A stretch of DNA of 64,000 bases from the sequence record ON000910.1, one strand, 5' to 3'. The first letter of the stretch is position 1. Each line of letters begins with the position of its first letter. The notes beneath the pieces were generated by a model. That model searched no databases and had not been told where the DNA came from. It worked only from the letters and a program-made list of their open reading frames with translations. A program made the position numbers and the translations under genes. Of this stretch, positions 28,083 through 35,996 are shown in pieces.

Positions 28083-28402
28083 ATCTTAACCTTATTAATG
28101 TTCTCTATAATGTATTTCAACCACGACTTGCGCTCATATTCACGCAACTTACGACGCTCACAAGGCGGATGATACGCACAGATAAAAGAATAACAATCTT
28201 CTAAATCATTCGGCATATCACTCTGGCGTACATACATACGCTGCAAATGCTTTAATTTAAGCTTAATCAAGCTAACCATTTCTGAATTCACACCACGCTG
28301 TAGCTCTAAACAGGTGTACACGCGATGCAACTCACCACAATTCAATAACTCTAGAGCACGAGCACGTACATGGCGATTCACTCTGTAATTCTTAAACAAC
28401 AT
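28079..28402 (-). CDS. YTC...WL family paralog 6
   Basis: Start MLFKNY coupled by TAATG; RALELL...VYTCLEL...ERKSWLKYII. Confidence 0.65.
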   Translation of the reverse strand: MLFKNYRVNRHVRARALELLNCGELHRVYTCLELQRGVNSEMVSLIKLKLKHLQRMYVRQSDMPNDLEDCYSFICAYHPPCERRKLREYERKSWLKYIIENINKVKI

Positions 28403-28548
28403 TACCAATTCCCTGTGAACATCATTACACCACAGAACATCGTGGCGATTAATGCAAAGTCTAAAATACATGTACCAAGGTACAAGTCACTTGGTCGCTC
28501 ACTGTATTGCATGTCGCGACTCATATAAAATAACGCCAATGTAATCAC
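28402..28548 (-). CDS. small membrane protein, 48 aa (not in track)
   Basis: GGAGGT RBS, GTG start: MITLALFYMSRD...FCGVMMFTGNW. Confidence 0.55.
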   Translation of the reverse strand: MITLALFYMSRDMQYSERPSDLYLGTCILDFALIATMFCGVMMFTGNW

Positions 28549-28581
28549 AATTACCTCCGTAGGCAGTTCAAATCTCTTTGC

Positions 28582-28611
28582 ATTCTCTCACATATTGCCG
28601 CTGGCTGTCAA
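28582..28611 (-). promoter_or_regulatory. probable sigma70 promoter pointing away from the DnaA-box array
   Basis: TTGACA-18 nt-GAGAAT. Confidence 0.5.
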
Positions 28612-28718
28612 GCAAGAAGATGCGAAGCGAATTAGATTTTCGTAAATGGTGTAAGGTTTTAGACTGCCGCGTACCACACAGGAGCCGATGAGACTTTCAC
28701 CAATTTTTCACTAAAAAG

Positions 28719-28827
28719 TTATCCACATTATCCACAGACTTATGCACAGTCAAATCATGTTTTTATACACAGATTTCAGACACTTATGCACAAACTCATA
28801 CACATATTATCCACAGACTTATGCACA
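28719..28827 (+). repeat. array of 8 co-oriented DnaA-box-like 9-mers
   Basis: TTATCCACA at 28719, 28728, 28807; TTATGCACA at 28740, 28784, 28819; TTATACACA at 28763; TCATACACA at 28796. Confidence 0.9.
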
Positions 28828-29206
28828 TGTACATTTAAACGAGGCATGGTGCGATATATTAAAAACAATACTATATGTACCATGCTCTGAGACGCTGTGA
28901 GAGCGATTCTAAGCGTTTTTAGTCATTGTTTGACATATCGCTCAAGCACCATCCTGCTATTGCTGCTAGAGCACATAGAAGCAGCATGAGGTAGCCGATA
29001 GGTATATCGTTTAGTAGATTGATTAGTGTTTGCATTACGATAGTTTAAAGCTCAATGATAGAATATCAATTAGGTAATACTGAATGATACAGTTAAACGC
29101 AGTTGTTATTAGCAGAGCCACGAATGGAACTGTTCGTTTTGATTTATCGGTTACAAACAGATATGTAGTGAGAATCAAGATTAAGATTGATAGTGCGAAC
29201 ATGAGT

Positions 29207-29422
29207 TTACCCTACTATTAGATTAAAGCGTGCAGCGACATAGCTTGCTCGTTGGTTGTTGTCATTAGTAATACGAATCATAGGTGGTTTGTTTGTATGT
29301 TCGTTTACGTTATACATGTGAACGACATATTCTTTGCCGAATGTCAAGCCGCTAGGTGGTTCTGGTTTATCGATACGAGTTGAAGTATTGTCTATGCATA
29401 TTGCTTTGATAGTTTGATTCAT
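29207..29422 (-). CDS. small hypothetical protein
   Basis: KAICID...LTFGKEY motif. Confidence 0.7.
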   Translation of the reverse strand: MNQTIKAICIDNTSTRIDKPEPPSGLTFGKEYVVHMYNVNEHTNKPPMIRITNDNNQRASYVAARFNLIVG

Positions 29423-29583
29423 ATTGCGCCTGCCGTTACGTGTAGTAGAACATACGAGACAAAGCCTAGAACAGCAGTGATTACTAGTTTCACGAATCTA
29501 GGTTTGTTAATGAAGCTGAAGATACTCATGCCAGTGAGTATTGCACAGCATAGAAGTGTCATTAGTAGTATTGTCAAGCTCAT
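29419..29583 (-). CDS. small membrane protein (~54 aa, not in track)
   Basis: MSLTILMTLLCCAIL...; ATGA overlaps. Confidence 0.55.
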   Translation of the reverse strand: MSLTILLMTLLCCAILTGMSIFSFINKPRFVKLVITAVLGFVSYVLLHVTAGAI

Positions 29584-29753
29584 AGTGTTACTCCGTATTT
29601 GTGAATCACAATCATGTTAGCTAGATTAACGACAGCGCATATGACAAGGAAGATACAGATGAAAGTTTTGTATTCTTTGCTCATGATGTTTTCAACTGAG
29701 TCGAACGTCAAGACTACAGTGAACACAAGTATAATAATAGATAGTCCGATCAT
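29580..29753 (-). CDS. small membrane protein
   Basis: AAGGA RBS; two TM segments. Confidence 0.6.
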   Translation of the reverse strand: MIGLSIIILVFTVVLTFDSVENIMSKEYKTFICIFLVICAVVNLANMIVIHKYGVTL

Positions 29754-29763
29754 AATGTTTTCC

Positions 29764-30003
29764 TTACAGTTCAAAAACTTCATTTAGATGTAGAGCATTC
29801 TTTGCTGCTTCTACTACATTAGCAGATTGACTCATGATAACGCGCACTGAATTTTGAATGCTCATCATACGAGTTGTTGAGATTCTTCCGTATATGCCAT
29901 ATGCATTATTTTTAATCGTAATTTCTTGTTCTAATATTTCTATTGCATTACGCGCTGAGGTGCTTAGAGTTTCGTTCGCAGCTTTCTCGATGGTGTCAAT
30001 CAT
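29764..30003 (-). CDS. early hypothetical protein
   Basis: AAGGA RBS; downstream of promoter cassette. Confidence 0.65.
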   Translation of the reverse strand: MIDTIEKAANETLSTSARNAIEILEQEITIKNNAYGIYGRISTTRMMSIQNSVRVIMSQSANVVEAAKNALHLNEVFEL

Positions 30004-30029
30004 AGTGTTTTCCTTTCTTGATTTGATAT

Positions 30030-30070
30030 GTGTATGATACGCGAAAGGGCTGACATCTGTCAACCCTTTT
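30030..30070 (-). promoter_or_regulatory. early promoter in terminator hairpin (PeSL-like)
   Basis: AAAAGGGTTGACA-GA-TGTCAGCCCTTT; TTGACA-18 nt-TATCAT. Confidence 0.8.
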
Positions 30071-30072
30071 CT

Positions 30073-30402
30073 TTAGTACATTTCGCAATCTGAGTGCTTA
30101 GACATATCGAAGATATAGAAGTCTCTGCCGCCACTTCCATCATCAGCTACAATCAGTAGGTATTGTTTATCATCTGATAGCCACACGCTTGTGCCGTACA
30201 CTTCAACGCCATAACAGTTGCCTTCTGTGATTGCCTTTTCACAATCGCCGTATTGGAATTCGTGTGCTTTCAGTAGGTCTTGTTCATCAGCAGCGAATAC
30301 GCTATCGGTGCAGTCTACGAGTCCGTGCCATAGATGATCGAGACCAAACTTAGCTGCGATTGCTTCTTCTGTTTCTTTCATTGTTTTAAGTAGTTCTTTC
30401 AT
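30073..30402 (-). CDS. acidic hypothetical protein
   Basis: 109-aa ORF. Confidence 0.7.
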   Translation of the reverse strand: MKELLKTMKETEEAIAAKFGLDHLWHGLVDCTDSVFAADEQDLLKAHEFQYGDCEKAITEGNCYGVEVYGTSVWLSDDKQYLLIVADDGSGGRDFYIFDMSKHSDCEMY

Positions 30403-30404
30403 GA

Positions 30405-30575
30405 TTAAGCTCTCTTCACGTGGATTTCGCAGCGGCTAACTGTCTTTTGGACAATATGGAATCGTGCTTTAATTGATTGTAAGTAATCGATGACTAATGC
30501 TTTATCGCGTGAGCTGTCAATAGTGATTACGTTTTCTTTTACTTTGACGTGTTCTAGGTATTTTGGTAATTTCAT
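30405..30575 (-). CDS. small protein (56 aa, not in track)
   Basis: MKLPKYLEHVKVKENV...; fills the gap. Confidence 0.55.
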   Translation of the reverse strand: MKLPKYLEHVKVKENVITIDSSRDKALVIDYLQSIKARFHIVQKTVSRCEIHVKRA

Positions 30576-30577
30576 TG

Positions 30578-30790
30578 TCAAGCCTTATAGTAGTTTTCTA
30601 CTAGTTGCAGAGTGATTTTACATTCTATGTATTCAGTGCCGTTTTGAGTTTCTTCAGCGATGGTGACATAGAATATTTGTTTGTCTTCATCGTACTCGAT
30701 GTCATCAATGAATTCATATGATTTGAGACGGCATAACTCAGTGATTATGTTCATTATGCGACGATGTTCGATGATTATGTCATGTATCAT
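30578..30790 (-). CDS. small acidic protein
   Basis: ORF tiling; resembles next ORF. Confidence 0.65.
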   Translation of the reverse strand: MIHDIIIEHRRIMNIITELCRLKSYEFIDDIEYDEDKQIFYVTIAEETQNGTEYIECKITLQLVENYYKA

Positions 30791-31002
30791 TTGTTATTAT
30801 GCATCCATTTTTCGAGCGCGACTGTAGTTACAATGACTTCTTGTACTGTTTCACCATCGAAGTATTGCACTTCCCATAGTTGTTCGTCATCGAAGTAATC
30901 TGCATATTCGATATGACCTTTGCCGTTGAACTCATCGTCAAGCATGGCAATAAGTGCATCTTGAATTTCAGCGTGTTGTGACATTACATTTGATACGTTC
31001 AT
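30787..31002 (-). CDS. small acidic protein
   Basis: ORF tiling. Confidence 0.65.
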   Translation of the reverse strand: MNVSNVMSQHAEIQDALIAMLDDEFNGKGHIEYADYFDDEQLWEVQYFDGETVQEVIVTTVALEKWMHNNK

Positions 31003-31196
31003 AGTTTCTTTTCCAATGGTTGTAGTTCAATTACGCGAAAGCCTTGCTTATCGAAATCATATTTGTACAGCACACGATTTGCATCTTCGATTTCAGAAAA
31101 GATTGCCATGACTTTTATCTCATTGTCAATGTCTAGCACAAGTAGATATCTGCCTTCTCGGTCAATGATGCCGTAATTTCTCATTTGCGTCTCCAT
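30999..31196 (-). CDS. small hypothetical protein
   Basis: ORF tiling. Confidence 0.6.
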   Translation of the reverse strand: METQMRNYGIIDREGRYLLVLDIDNEIKVMAIFSEIEDANRVLYKYDFDKQGFRVIELQPLEKKL

Positions 31197-31807
31197 TCAT
31201 CACGAACAGTATTGGTTAGTTGTAGATAGAAAGTATCAAGACCTTCGAAGGTTCTAGCATACGTTGGTGAGTCATCGATCATGATATTGATTTGATTCTC
31301 ACGGCAGTATTCAGCTTTCTTGTTGTTCCAGATTTCGTCATCGACCCATGGGCGACCTTTCTCGTCGTACAAGATTTCAACGCCGTCGTCTTCACATGAT
31401 TGATGAATGCTAAACCAGTGGTCATACTCTAAGTCATCTGGTACATCAGTATCGAGTTCTTCTTTAATGCCAGTGATGATATGCACTTCAACTGGTAGTT
31501 TGCTTAACAGCGCGAAGAACTCTGGTGATTGATCAATTACGCCATGAATATCGATGCCGACTTTGATAACGCCAGTTTCGATAGCGTTCATGCCACGAGT
31601 ATCAGACAACTCAACAATCTTATCGGTGATGCGTTCGTCTAAGTCTTGCACTTCTACCATGATAGTAGTGATGTAGCTATCATTGCCACCATCTAGTGCA
31701 TAGTCTTGACAGCGCATGAGGTACTTTCTTGCATTGCGTAGTTGTTCAATTGTCTCGCAAGACTCAACAACCTTTTGCATTTTTCTTACTAAGTCATATG
31801 CGTGCAT
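31181..31807 (-). CDS. HAD-superfamily (5'-nucleotidase-like) phosphatase with helical N-terminal extension
   Basis: KVGIDIHGVID motif I; HIITG; K..YC....I.IMIDDS motifs III/IV. Confidence 0.7.
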   Translation of the reverse strand: MHAYDLVRKMQKVVESCETIEQLRNARKYLMRCQDYALDGGNDSYITTIMVEVQDLDERITDKIVELSDTRGMNAIETGVIKVGIDIHGVIDQSPEFFALLSKLPVEVHIITGIKEELDTDVPDDLEYDHWFSIHQSCEDDGVEILYDEKGRPWVDDEIWNNKKAEYCRENQINIMIDDSPTYARTFEGLDTFYLQLTNTVRDEWRRK

Positions 31808-31808
31808 A

Positions 31809-32159
31809 TTACTCTCCGAACTTTTCACGTAATTGTTCAATGGTAGATGTAGTTTGTTTGATTTGTTCATCAATCGATTGGCGCTGTTCGATTAGTGATT
31901 GGCGAAACATATTCAATGCTTCGGTTCGTGTTTTGAATTGATTCTTCCATTCTAGAACCAATTCAGCGATTTCGTCATCAGTAGCAGTCGTTTCATTATA
32001 AAGATGATGAAACTGAGTAATCAAGTCGATATGCATTGGTGGTCGTTGAGGTTGACGAGCCATTTTATATTCATGTTCATTAAATGGACTTTGAACAAAC
32101 AAATCGCCTTTTACTATTGCTAGATCTTCGATTGATGTGTTGATTCGGTATGCGTTCAT
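31809..32159 (-). CDS. coiled-coil hypothetical protein
   Basis: 116-aa ORF. Confidence 0.65.
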   Translation of the reverse strand: MNAYRINTSIEDLAIVKGDLFVQSPFNEHEYKMARQPQRPPMHIDLITQFHHLYNETTATDDEIAELVLEWKNQFKTRTEALNMFRQSLIEQRQSIDEQIKQTTSTIEQLREKFGE

Positions 32160-32428
32160 ACAAAGTTCTCTAGTGAATTGCTTTTCACTCGTTGATACAA
32201 TAGACGACCAGAATCAGTCTTAGCAACTTTATTCCAATCACTAGAATTATCAAGAGCGCGACAGATTTCACGACGTAATGTACAGTTTTTCATAGTACCA
32301 TCGCCGCGTTCAACACATGCACGAGCAGCAGAGTACTTTGCAATCATATCTTCACGAATTTTGTATACATCTACGTATGCAGTGTTGTAATTGTTTACTT
32401 CAGTTTTTGCTAATTGTTTAATGCTCAT
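32156..32428 (-). CDS. hypothetical protein
   Basis: GAGGA RBS. Confidence 0.7.
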   Translation of the reverse strand: MSIKQLAKTEVNNYNTAYVDVYKIREDMIAKYSAARACVERGDGTMKNCTLRREICRALDNSSDWNKVAKTDSGRLLYQRVKSNSLENFV

Positions 32429-32440
32429 ATTAATTTCCTC

Positions 32441-32460
32441 AAAGGGGCATTACTGCCCCA
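32441..32460 (-). terminator. hairpin, probable terminator after natV
   Basis: GGGGCA-GTAA-TGCCCC-TTT. Confidence 0.6.
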
Positions 32461-32464
32461 TTAG

Positions 32465-33490
32465 TTAGATGCCAGTGAAATACTGAATGATTTGGTAGTG
32501 ATCGTCATACAAACGTTCTTGCATGTCCATTACTTCACTCAGTGAGTACCATTTCGCTGATACAGCATCATCGGCTGGCTTCACTTTCGGGAAAGTGTTG
32601 TCAGGGTTTGGCTGCACTTTGAAGTGATATGCCATTGTGATGCGAGTGTGTGGGTAAGAGCGATTTGGGTTATCGAACATCTTCTCATCTTTGAGCGAGC
32701 CACGCAAGACTTTCTCTGGGACTTTGATGTTAGTTTCTTCTTGTAGTTCACGAATCGCAGCAGTTAAGAATGTTTCTTTCTCATGCTTATGACCGCCAGG
32801 TAATGCTAAACAGCCTTTGCCTGGGTTGAACTTACGCTCGACAAGAAGAACATGACCTGCACACATCACAACGCTGTCAGCACACGCGATATTCAAGTGA
32901 CCTTGGTATGGATAATCTTTAAACTTCTCGATTTCGCGCACTGAGCTATCGTATTCAGCTTTCATTTCAGTGAAATGCTCTGTTTTGCTCCAATCGTCAA
33001 GAAACATCATTGTTTGCTTGGGAATCAGACCAGACATTACAGGGTGATTCAGTAGAATCTCGCTGAAGTACAGTTCTCTGAAGTCAGTTGCAGAGATAAC
33101 TCTGTTATACATCTTCACTGGTTCAGGTTGAAATAGTTTTAACTCAGGGAATAGCTTGAGATAGTAGCTGCTTTCGTCTTTGTCGTAACCAACGATATGA
33201 GTGGCGCCTTTCGTACTAGCACGAACATTTGACTGCCAAACGTCGTCTTTAGCGTAATCACCTAGTGGTACAAAGCGAACTTTGCTTCGAATGTCATCAG
33301 GTAAAGCAACACCCATCATATCGCGTACTTCTTCGAACGTGAAAGGGTTTTTAACTGAACGATGTCGATTAGAGCTACCGATTAAGATAGTCATCTTGTC
33401 TAGGTCAAGCGCGTCGAATGCTTGTGTGATTGCAGATAGATGACCGTTGTGGAATGGACGAAAGCGTCCGATAAAGATTGCGTGTGACAT
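32465..33490 (-). CDS. natV: bifunctional NMN adenylyltransferase / Nudix (ADP-ribose) hydrolase
   Basis: FIGRFRPFHNGH, NPF, SATDFR; Nudix box LPGGH...AAIRELQEET. Confidence 0.93.
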   Translation of the reverse strand: MSHAIFIGRFRPFHNGHLSAITQAFDALDLDKMTILIGSSNRHRSVKNPFTFEEVRDMMGVALPDDIRSKVRFVPLGDYAKDDVWQSNVRASTKGATHIVGYDKDESSYYLKLFPELKLFQPEPVKMYNRVISATDFRELYFSEILLNHPVMSGLIPKQTMMFLDDWSKTEHFTEMKAEYDSSVREIEKFKDYPYQGHLNIACADSVVMCAGHVLLVERKFNPGKGCLALPGGHKHEKETFLTAAIRELQEETNIKVPEKVLRGSLKDEKMFDNPNRSYPHTRITMAYHFKVQPNPDNTFPKVKPADDAVSAKWYSLSEVMDMQERLYDDHYQIIQYFTGI

Positions 33491-33559
33491 ATTGGGCTCC
33501 CCATTTTGTCATTGATTGAGATTAGATTATTACATCTATTATTGTTTGTGTCAAATACT

Positions 33560-34075
33560 TTAAAACTCTTGACCTGCATCAGAACAAATTGCGTTATTAA
33601 GTATTGCCACGGCTTTTGCGACTACACGATCAGTTAAGCCGATCTCAGGGTCGCAGTTTACATAGTTATGACGTTGCCATAACAACATATCAGTGTCATC
33701 ATCTAAGATGACATAGCTTCGAAAGTCGTATCGCTTACCAAGCAACTCTTCATTGTCTTGAATCCATTTAAGAATCTCATTACCACGAAAAGCCCATGAG
33801 TATTGATGGTCGAGCATATCTGTTTTGCCGATACATTCACCATTAACACCCATATCATTAAGCACTGTATTGATCTCATCGATACTAAGACCACAACGCC
33901 ACACACTTGTAAGAACAATGCGTGCGTCAGTTCTTTTAATGAGATCATTTAAACGGTCGACACATCGCGGCGAATAAATCCCTTGATACTCGCCATTCAA
34001 TAGCACGTCCATGTGCTCATCGGCTTCTAAAGCGTTGTTTAGAACGCCGTCTATGTCCAAGAATATAACTTTCAT
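33560..34075 (-). CDS. HAD phosphatase of the Swiss-army-knife RNA-repair type (HAD_SAK_2-like)
   Basis: MKVIFLDIDGVLN; IVLTSVWR; RGNEI; YVILDD; GLT. Confidence 0.85.
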   Translation of the reverse strand: MKVIFLDIDGVLNNALEADEHMDVLLNGEYQGIYSPRCVDRLNDLIKRTDARIVLTSVWRCGLSIDEINTVLNDMGVNGECIGKTDMLDHQYSWAFRGNEILKWIQDNEELLGKRYDFRSYVILDDDTDMLLWQRHNYVNCDPEIGLTDRVVAKAVAILNNAICSDAGQEF

Positions 34076-34079
34076 TATG

Positions 34080-34541
34080 TTACCACTTGCATAATTCACC
34101 GAGTGCGTCATATGCATCATTCATGCCGTGTAGACTAAAATGATACGAGTATGACACACCGTGCCCGTTGTTTACAACATATTCGAGCATATTTCCTGTT
34201 TTGAGCGTATCGATAACATCATCACTATTACCAAGATAAGTCGTGACAGATGATTGTTGTTGTAACTGATTACTCTCGACTCGCACGTATGGGTTCCCAT
34301 CTAGTGAATACCAGATTTCGTCCGGTTTTGCAGCGGTCAGGTATGCTCTCGTTTCATACAACGTGATTGCTTTATCACAGTCAATTGTGAGCACAGCAAG
34401 ACGATTGACTGAGTTCGTGCTTGCAGTGTGTATTGGCTCATGTGTGCGAACATCAACACGATGAACAGTCATCCAATCATCGTGTACGTGTGCGTTCGCA
34501 ATCAATGGCATTATTGCCAAGCTTAACAATGCGAACTTCAT
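34080..34541 (-). CDS. exported (signal peptide) protein
   Basis: MKFALLSLAIMPLIANA, AxA cleavage site. Confidence 0.75.
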   Translation of the reverse strand: MKFALLSLAIMPLIANAHVHDDWMTVHRVDVRTHEPIHTASTNSVNRLAVLTIDCDKAITLYETRAYLTAAKPDEIWYSLDGNPYVRVESNQLQQQSSVTTYLGNSDDVIDTLKTGNMLEYVVNNGHGVSYSYHFSLHGMNDAYDALGELCKW

Positions 34542-34592
34542 ATTGTGCTTCCTTGTGCTTGTTGCACACGTGCAAATATGGCGCTGTTAGTT

Positions 34593-35354
34593 TTACACTG
34601 TATGCATACCACTGCGTCGCAATGAAGACAGTTCATGGGAGCGCAGTGAGCCACTTTTCTTGAGCTTTGTCTCTTTAGGTTGAACGATTTTCTTTGCTTC
34701 TTCAGTGATGATTTCGACTAATTCAATATCGGTATAATGAGTATCGAGTAGTCGACCTTCTTTACTCACGGGTTGAATACCAACCGAGATTGTCCCGTTT
34801 GCTTGATTGAAAATGGCAGTGACTAAGCCAGTTGCGCCAGTTGCCATGCATCGAGCTTTTTGCAGCAATTCCACTTTAAGCTCATCACGCTCACGCTTTT
34901 GACGATTGTTGATGATCTTATCGTGAATCGAGTGACCTGTTTGCTTACAGCTAATGACCCGCGCAGATGCATAAATATTCGTTTCATGCTCTGCGTATGG
35001 CTTAATCAAAAGCACATTAGGTGCTGCGTTCACTGAGTATTGAATTTCAGTTACGATACCTTTCGCTTCTGAAACTGTGTCTTCAACTTCATCACCAAGA
35101 CGAATTGGCATTGTAGTATTTGTCTCTGCGAAGATAGCTTCATACTCTTCAACTCGATTAGAATTGACGATTTCGACTAATTTCGAGCTAAAAACATGAG
35201 TTTTCACTTCATTTTTAGCGTCTTTTGCTCGAACTTCAAGCAATTCACACCCTGCGATGCACTGTGTGATACCGATTACCGTACCTTCGATGCCAGTTGT
35301 GATTGATTTAACAAGCATGCCGAAGCGATGCCCAGATGTAGTTGCAATACTCAT
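34593..35354 (-). CDS. protein with three tandem SH3/KOW-like repeats
   Basis: Three G..V....(T/S)G..G.V..I modules. Confidence 0.75.
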   Translation of the reverse strand: MSIATTSGHRFGMLVKSITTGIEGTVIGITQCIAGCELLEVRAKDAKNEVKTHVFSSKLVEIVNSNRVEEYEAIFAETNTTMPIRLGDEVEDTVSEAKGIVTEIQYSVNAAPNVLLIKPYAEHETNIYASARVISCKQTGHSIHDKIINNRQKRERDELKVELLQKARCMATGATGLVTAIFNQANGTISVGIQPVSKEGRLLDTHYTDIELVEIITEEAKKIVQPKETKLKKSGSLRSHELSSLRRSGMHTV

Positions 35355-35418
35355 AATATATCACTCTTATTTATTGGAATTTAACACATTATTCACATGA
35401 TTTCATATGAATTTGCTA

Positions 35419-35598
35419 TTAATCTCGCTTTTGTTTCAAATCGTAGATTGTTTTACCGTCTACGTTTGCTAATGCTTCTGCATATGCCGTACGAGCAACA
35501 GACTTACAATCGTTGAACATTCTACCAGACGGCGTGCATAACCATGCACGCGCTTTGTCTAAGTATTCTTGAACTTCTTCAGCAGTTGCTAAGATCAT
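35419..35598 (-). CDS. small protein (59 aa, not in track)
   Basis: MILATAEEVQEYLDKARAW...; ATGA overlap. Confidence 0.55.
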   Translation of the reverse strand: MILATAEEVQEYLDKARAWLCTPSGRMFNDCKSVARTAYAEALANVDGKTIYDLKQKRD

Positions 35599-35918
35599 AG
35601 AGCCAATTCCTCTAGTTCTTCAGCAGAACCTGCGCCAACGTCCATGACTTTCTCTAATGCAATCCAACGAGTGCCATTGTAGTATTGACAGTTATTGTTC
35701 CACATGTTGTGACGCCACAAATCCCATGGTACAGATTGATCGATTACAGCAGTCCATGTACACGATGCAATTGCAGGTACACGAGTATAACTGACATAAC
35801 CAAGTGCTAATACAGCTACAAGAACAGCAGCAGTGATACGAGGGTGTGATTTAGCTTCTTGAGCGAGAATCACAGTGTTGTCAAGCCAGTTAGGCATTTT
35901 CGGCATTTTGAATTTCAT
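35595..35918 (-). CDS. single-TM protein
   Basis: TM then Cys/Trp-rich domain. Confidence 0.7.
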   Translation of the reverse strand: MKFKMPKMPNWLDNTVILAQEAKSHPRITAAVLVAVLALGYVSYTRVPAIASCTWTAVIDQSVPWDLWRHNMWNNNCQYYNGTRWIALEKVMDVGAGSAEELEELAL

Positions 35919-35955
35919 GATTTTGTTCTCTTGTTTCGTTAGGCGTTGAGTGACA

Positions 35956-35993
35956 TATTACTGCCACTCACACGTTTTGTCAACTACTTTTTG
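35956..35993 (-). promoter_or_regulatory. early promoter
   Basis: AAAAAGTAG-TTGACA-17 nt-TAATAT. Confidence 0.75.
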
Positions 35994-35996
35994 AAA

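Noticed and set aside
28403-28471. Track start MYFRLCINRH for the sixth paralog
   Set aside because: An RBS-supported 48-aa ORF occupies this span in another frame and couples by TAATG to MLFKNY at 28402.
28719-28827. Reading the 9-mer array as a CRISPR array or plasmid iterons
   Set aside because: Units are 9 bp with 0-14 bp gaps, there are no unique ~30-bp spacers, and no cas or rep gene is nearby. The DnaA-box consensus fits better.
28828-28870. DnaA-trio run next to the boxes
   Set aside because: Sequence after the last box (TGTACATTTAAACGAGGC...) has no CTA/TAG periodicity.
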